A DNA stretch of 64,000 nt, taken from contig JBPOIL010000003.1 in the NCBI GenBank assembly GCA_052034495.1, positions 18,345 through 82,344 on the forward strand. The letters are read 5' to 3'. A program made the position numbers and the translations under genes. The notes beneath the pieces were generated by a model. That model worked only from the letters and a program-made list of their open reading frames with translations, was not told where the DNA came from and ran no database searches. The first letter of the stretch is position 1; every line of letters starts with the position of its first letter. Positions 61,719-64,000 of this stretch are shown here, piece by piece. This DNA comes from Patescibacteria group bacterium. GTDB taxonomy: Bacteria; Patescibacteriota; Saccharimonadia; CAILAD01; JADZBC01.

Positions 61719-62891
61719 CTAGCTAACCTCCGGTAAGCGCTGCGGTCCAGCTGGCTTGTCCTCTTGGTTACCAGTTTGCTCTCGTTGCTCTGGCGTAAAG
61801 AACGCAACAACGTCTGTCCATATGCTACCGATTTGCTCACCAATGCTCGGTGCGTTGCTCGGGATGGATGCTGGCTTGGCAGGGTTTTCGACTGGCTGTT
61901 GACCGGGCTTCTGTGCTGACGCCACTTGCTCGACTGGCTCTGCGTCCGGGCTAGGTTGGATCTGCTTAGCCACAATTATAAGCCGCTGCCATGCTGTGCC
62001 TGGCGGGGTGCACGTAATGAGGGTAAGGACTGGATTGGGAGTAGGATTGAGTACCGAAACTTCCGAGGGTTCGACAACCTTCTTCTCAGTCACTTCATAT
62101 ACGTACTTGCGAGAAGAATAGTTAACTTGGACTTGGTCTCCAACCTCAAGCTTTCCTAAAAGAGCAAAAACAAATTTATAATCGCCTGACTCCCACCAGT
62201 CGTTCGAGGAATGACCGAATATGACTGCGTTGCCATTCTCGCCAGGCTTGGCGGTATTGGCATAATGAACAACTCCACTTTCGAGATCCTTCATTACTTC
62301 ATCTTCTGCCACGGAATCTGCATACACTATGGGCGCGCTTACATTAATCTTGGGTATTATAATTACGCTTTCTGGGGAGACTATACTAGCGTTCGTAGTG
62401 ACGGCGTTTGGATCTTGCAGCGCCATATTTTCGGCAGGCTTAGGTGGATTTAGGAAGTAGCCTATCTGTTGAGCTATGAGCTGGAAGTTAAAAAGCACGA
62501 TGAAAAGCAGGAACCCACCGAGTGCGTAGCCAATTGGCCGGAGGCGATGTTTGTGCTGATGAGCAAGCTGCACAGCTCGGTCTTTTGAATTGAGCTGTGG
62601 TGGGGCTGACGTTGGGGGTTCTGGCTGTGTCTGGGCCAAATTGGCCGCCATGGCTGCACTTGCCGCGGGGTAGGTGGTCTCTGCATTGGGGGAGCTTACC
62701 ACAGTGCCCTCTGGTGCCGAGGCCACTATAGCTGGCGGCGAAAAGCTTTCTGCCCGCTGCATTGGCTCAAAAACGGTTTGGGGCTGCTCTTGCGCGCCAA
62801 TAGACTCAGGCTCTAGTGGCTGCATTGGCTGGCCTTGAGTCATCTCTTCGACGCTTAGGGTGAATTCGGGTTTTTGTTCAGTCATAGACAA
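61719..62891 (-). CDS. Sortase family transpeptidase with a long low-complexity N-terminal region
   Basis: AVIFGHSS (catalytic His), LTLITCTP (Cys) and downstream Arg; TM segment GFLLFIVLFNFQLIAQ. Confidence 0.7.
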   Translation of the reverse strand: MSMTEQKPEFTLSVEEMTQGQPMQPLEPESIGAQEQPQTVFEPMQRAESFSPPAIVASAPEGTVVSSPNAETTYPAASAAMAANLAQTQPEPPTSAPPQLNSKDRAVQLAHQHKHRLRPIGYALGGFLLFIVLFNFQLIAQQIGYFLNPPKPAENMALQDPNAVTTNASIVSPESVIIIPKINVSAPIVYADSVAEDEVMKDLESGVVHYANTAKPGENGNAVIFGHSSNDWWESGDYKFVFALLGKLEVGDQVQVNYSSRKYVYEVTEKKVVEPSEVSVLNPTPNPVLTLITCTPPGTAWQRLIIVAKQIQPSPDAEPVEQVASAQKPGQQPVENPAKPASIPSNAPSIGEQIGSIWTDVVAFFTPEQREQTGNQEDKPAGPQRLPEVS

Positions 62892-62963
62892 TATTTGTAC
62901 TCATCCATTATAATACAGGAGCTCTATGAATGGCTATTGAAGCTAAGCATTTTGCCAGAGTGG

Positions 62964-63048
62964 TGGAATTGGTATACACGCACGACTCAAAATCGTGTGC
63001 CGCAAGGCTTGTGGGTTCGAGTCCCACCTCTGGCACCAGTAATTATCA
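62964..63048 (+). tRNA. tRNA-Leu (anticodon CAA) with a long variable arm and encoded CCA
   Basis: GCCAGAGTGGTGGAATTGGTATACACGCACGACTCAAAATCGTGTGCCGCAAGGCTTGTGGGTTCGAGTCCCACCTCTGGCACCA has 7-bp acceptor pairing GCCAGAG/CTCTGGC, anticodon loop CUCAAAA and a T-arm GGTTCGAGTCC. Confidence 0.85.
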
Positions 63049-63052
63049 CACA

Positions 63053-63385
63053 CTACCAGCCCGCCCCGTACATAATTGCTCCGGCTATCACCAGGCCCTG
63101 GACGATAAAAAACAAACCTTGGTAGACCAATATTAGTCTGTCCTTATGCACGACTGCGTACCATAGCCAAATGGCCGTAAGAATTTCGTAGCCAATCCAC
63201 GATGAGAGCGATACGCCAGCAGCAGTCTTCTGCTGAAAGATTACCACGACCTGCGGGATAGTAATGATTGGCTCAAGTATCGCAGCTCCGTAGGTAAGCC
63301 TATCCACGACAAGTGGCTTGGCCTGCTTCTTCGCAATGAGGACGCGACGCTTTTTATGATGCAAATGGCGATGATAGCGAGTCAT
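63053..63385 (-). CDS. SemiSWEET-like (PQ-loop) small membrane transporter
   Basis: Three TM helices with a PQ motif in TM1 (IITIPQVVVIFQQK) after a basic N-terminal extension. Confidence 0.5.
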   Translation of the reverse strand: MTRYHRHLHHKKRRVLIAKKQAKPLVVDRLTYGAAILEPIITIPQVVVIFQQKTAAGVSLSSWIGYEILTAIWLWYAVVHKDRLILVYQGLFFIVQGLVIAGAIMYGAGW

Positions 63386-63451
63386 ACATTATTCCTTATG
63401 ACCAAATCATAGCATAAGGACTATATGTGCGGCACTAATGGGAAAACCGAG

Positions 63452-63985
63452 CTATCCGAGGGCGTCGGCAATAGTATCCTTGATGAGGGCAGTTGCCCGA
63501 ACAGGGTCGGCAAGCTCTTTGGAGGCGCTCGTAATCATTTTAAACAGGTACCCTGCGGTCATAGCCTTCTCTAAATTGCCCCGGAAAGCAGCTGAAGGCT
63601 CTGTCGTGAGTCCAGCAATAAGCCCAATTAGGAGGCCCGAGTAGGCCTCGGTATTACTTACTTCAAGGTGCACTACGCCACAACGCCTGGATGAGTCTTG
63701 CGACTGGACAAGTACGACACCTTCGTGCCTACAGACTACATCTGCCTTTACGACCCTCTGTACTGCGTCCATGTGGTGCAGTAGATTGTAGATGCCGCGC
63801 CCAGGCCTATCCTCCACATGCATCTCTAGCGATTTTTCCAGCATCTTAAGACCCTGTAGGCTCAGAATGAACATCACATTGCCCCTAGAGCGAGCTTGCC
63901 TAGGTAAATTCGCATAGATCCCTACAGCCTCGTCTGTAATTATTACAGGGGCCTGAGTTTGGTCCATTATCTTCTCATAGAGCAT
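63452..63985 (-). CDS. Hypothetical protein (177 aa)
   Basis: ORF near the window end with no recognised motif; the true start may lie beyond the ATG at 63985. Confidence 0.4.
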   Translation of the reverse strand: MLYEKIMDQTQAPVIITDEAVGIYANLPRQARSRGNVMFILSLQGLKMLEKSLEMHVEDRPGRGIYNLLHHMDAVQRVVKADVVCRHEGVVLVQSQDSSRRCGVVHLEVSNTEAYSGLLIGLIAGLTTEPSAAFRGNLEKAMTAGYLFKMITSASKELADPVRATALIKDTIADALG

Positions 63986-64000
63986 ATGGCTACTGCTCGT

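Overview
The window is about 64 kb of gene-dense bacterial chromosome at roughly 48% GC. Recognisable genes include topA, dprA, pth, der, scpA/scpB, aspS, a two-component pair, a COG0523 GTPase, an ABC-F ATPase, tyrA plus chorismate mutase, metK with an upstream SAM-I-like leader, nrdA/nrdB with an NrdR-box-like palindrome, gltX, mreB, murA, two sortases, a PEGA protein, a SemiSWEET-like transporter, a minimal K+ channel, a VirD4/TraG-like type IV coupling ATPase, tRNA-Glu and tRNA-Leu. The compact protein sizes (an AspRS without the GAD insertion, a short MetK, a 297-aa RpoD-like sigma) fit a reduced-genome Patescibacteria/CPR-like, possibly Saccharibacteria-like, organism; this placement is inference. 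Two things stand out. First, at least ten sharply bounded islets of about 62-66% GC are embedded in this backbone at 6.2-6.9 kb, 17.25-17.85 kb, 20.7-21.6 kb, 26.2-26.7 kb, 31.5-33.0 kb, 34.2-35.1 kb, 36.2-37.3 kb, 40.1-40.6 kb, 42.1-42.6 kb and 42.96-45.4 kb. Each carries one to four small ORFs with very high third-position GC, GGAGG-type ribosome binding sites, frequent GTG/TTG starts and its own GC-rich hairpin terminators, which points to a high-GC donor such as an actinobacterium or actinophage. Their products include a standalone tandem RNA polymerase alpha-CTD-like protein, a zinc-ribbon pair, a histone-H1-like lysine-rich protein, a membrane protein with a Cys/His-rich tail, an HTH excisionase-like protein and a gene frameshifted at a poly-G tract. 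Second, an operon encodes a 68-aa Gly-rich LPNTG-anchored mini-peptide, a small sortase and a processive GT2 synthase, next to a secreted CE4 deacetylase with tandem CBM-like repeats; this looks like a sortase-coupled exopolysaccharide module. No CRISPR array, rRNA, integrase or transposase was found. All calls rest on reading the sequence, motif recognition and the supplied ORF track; no database search was possible.
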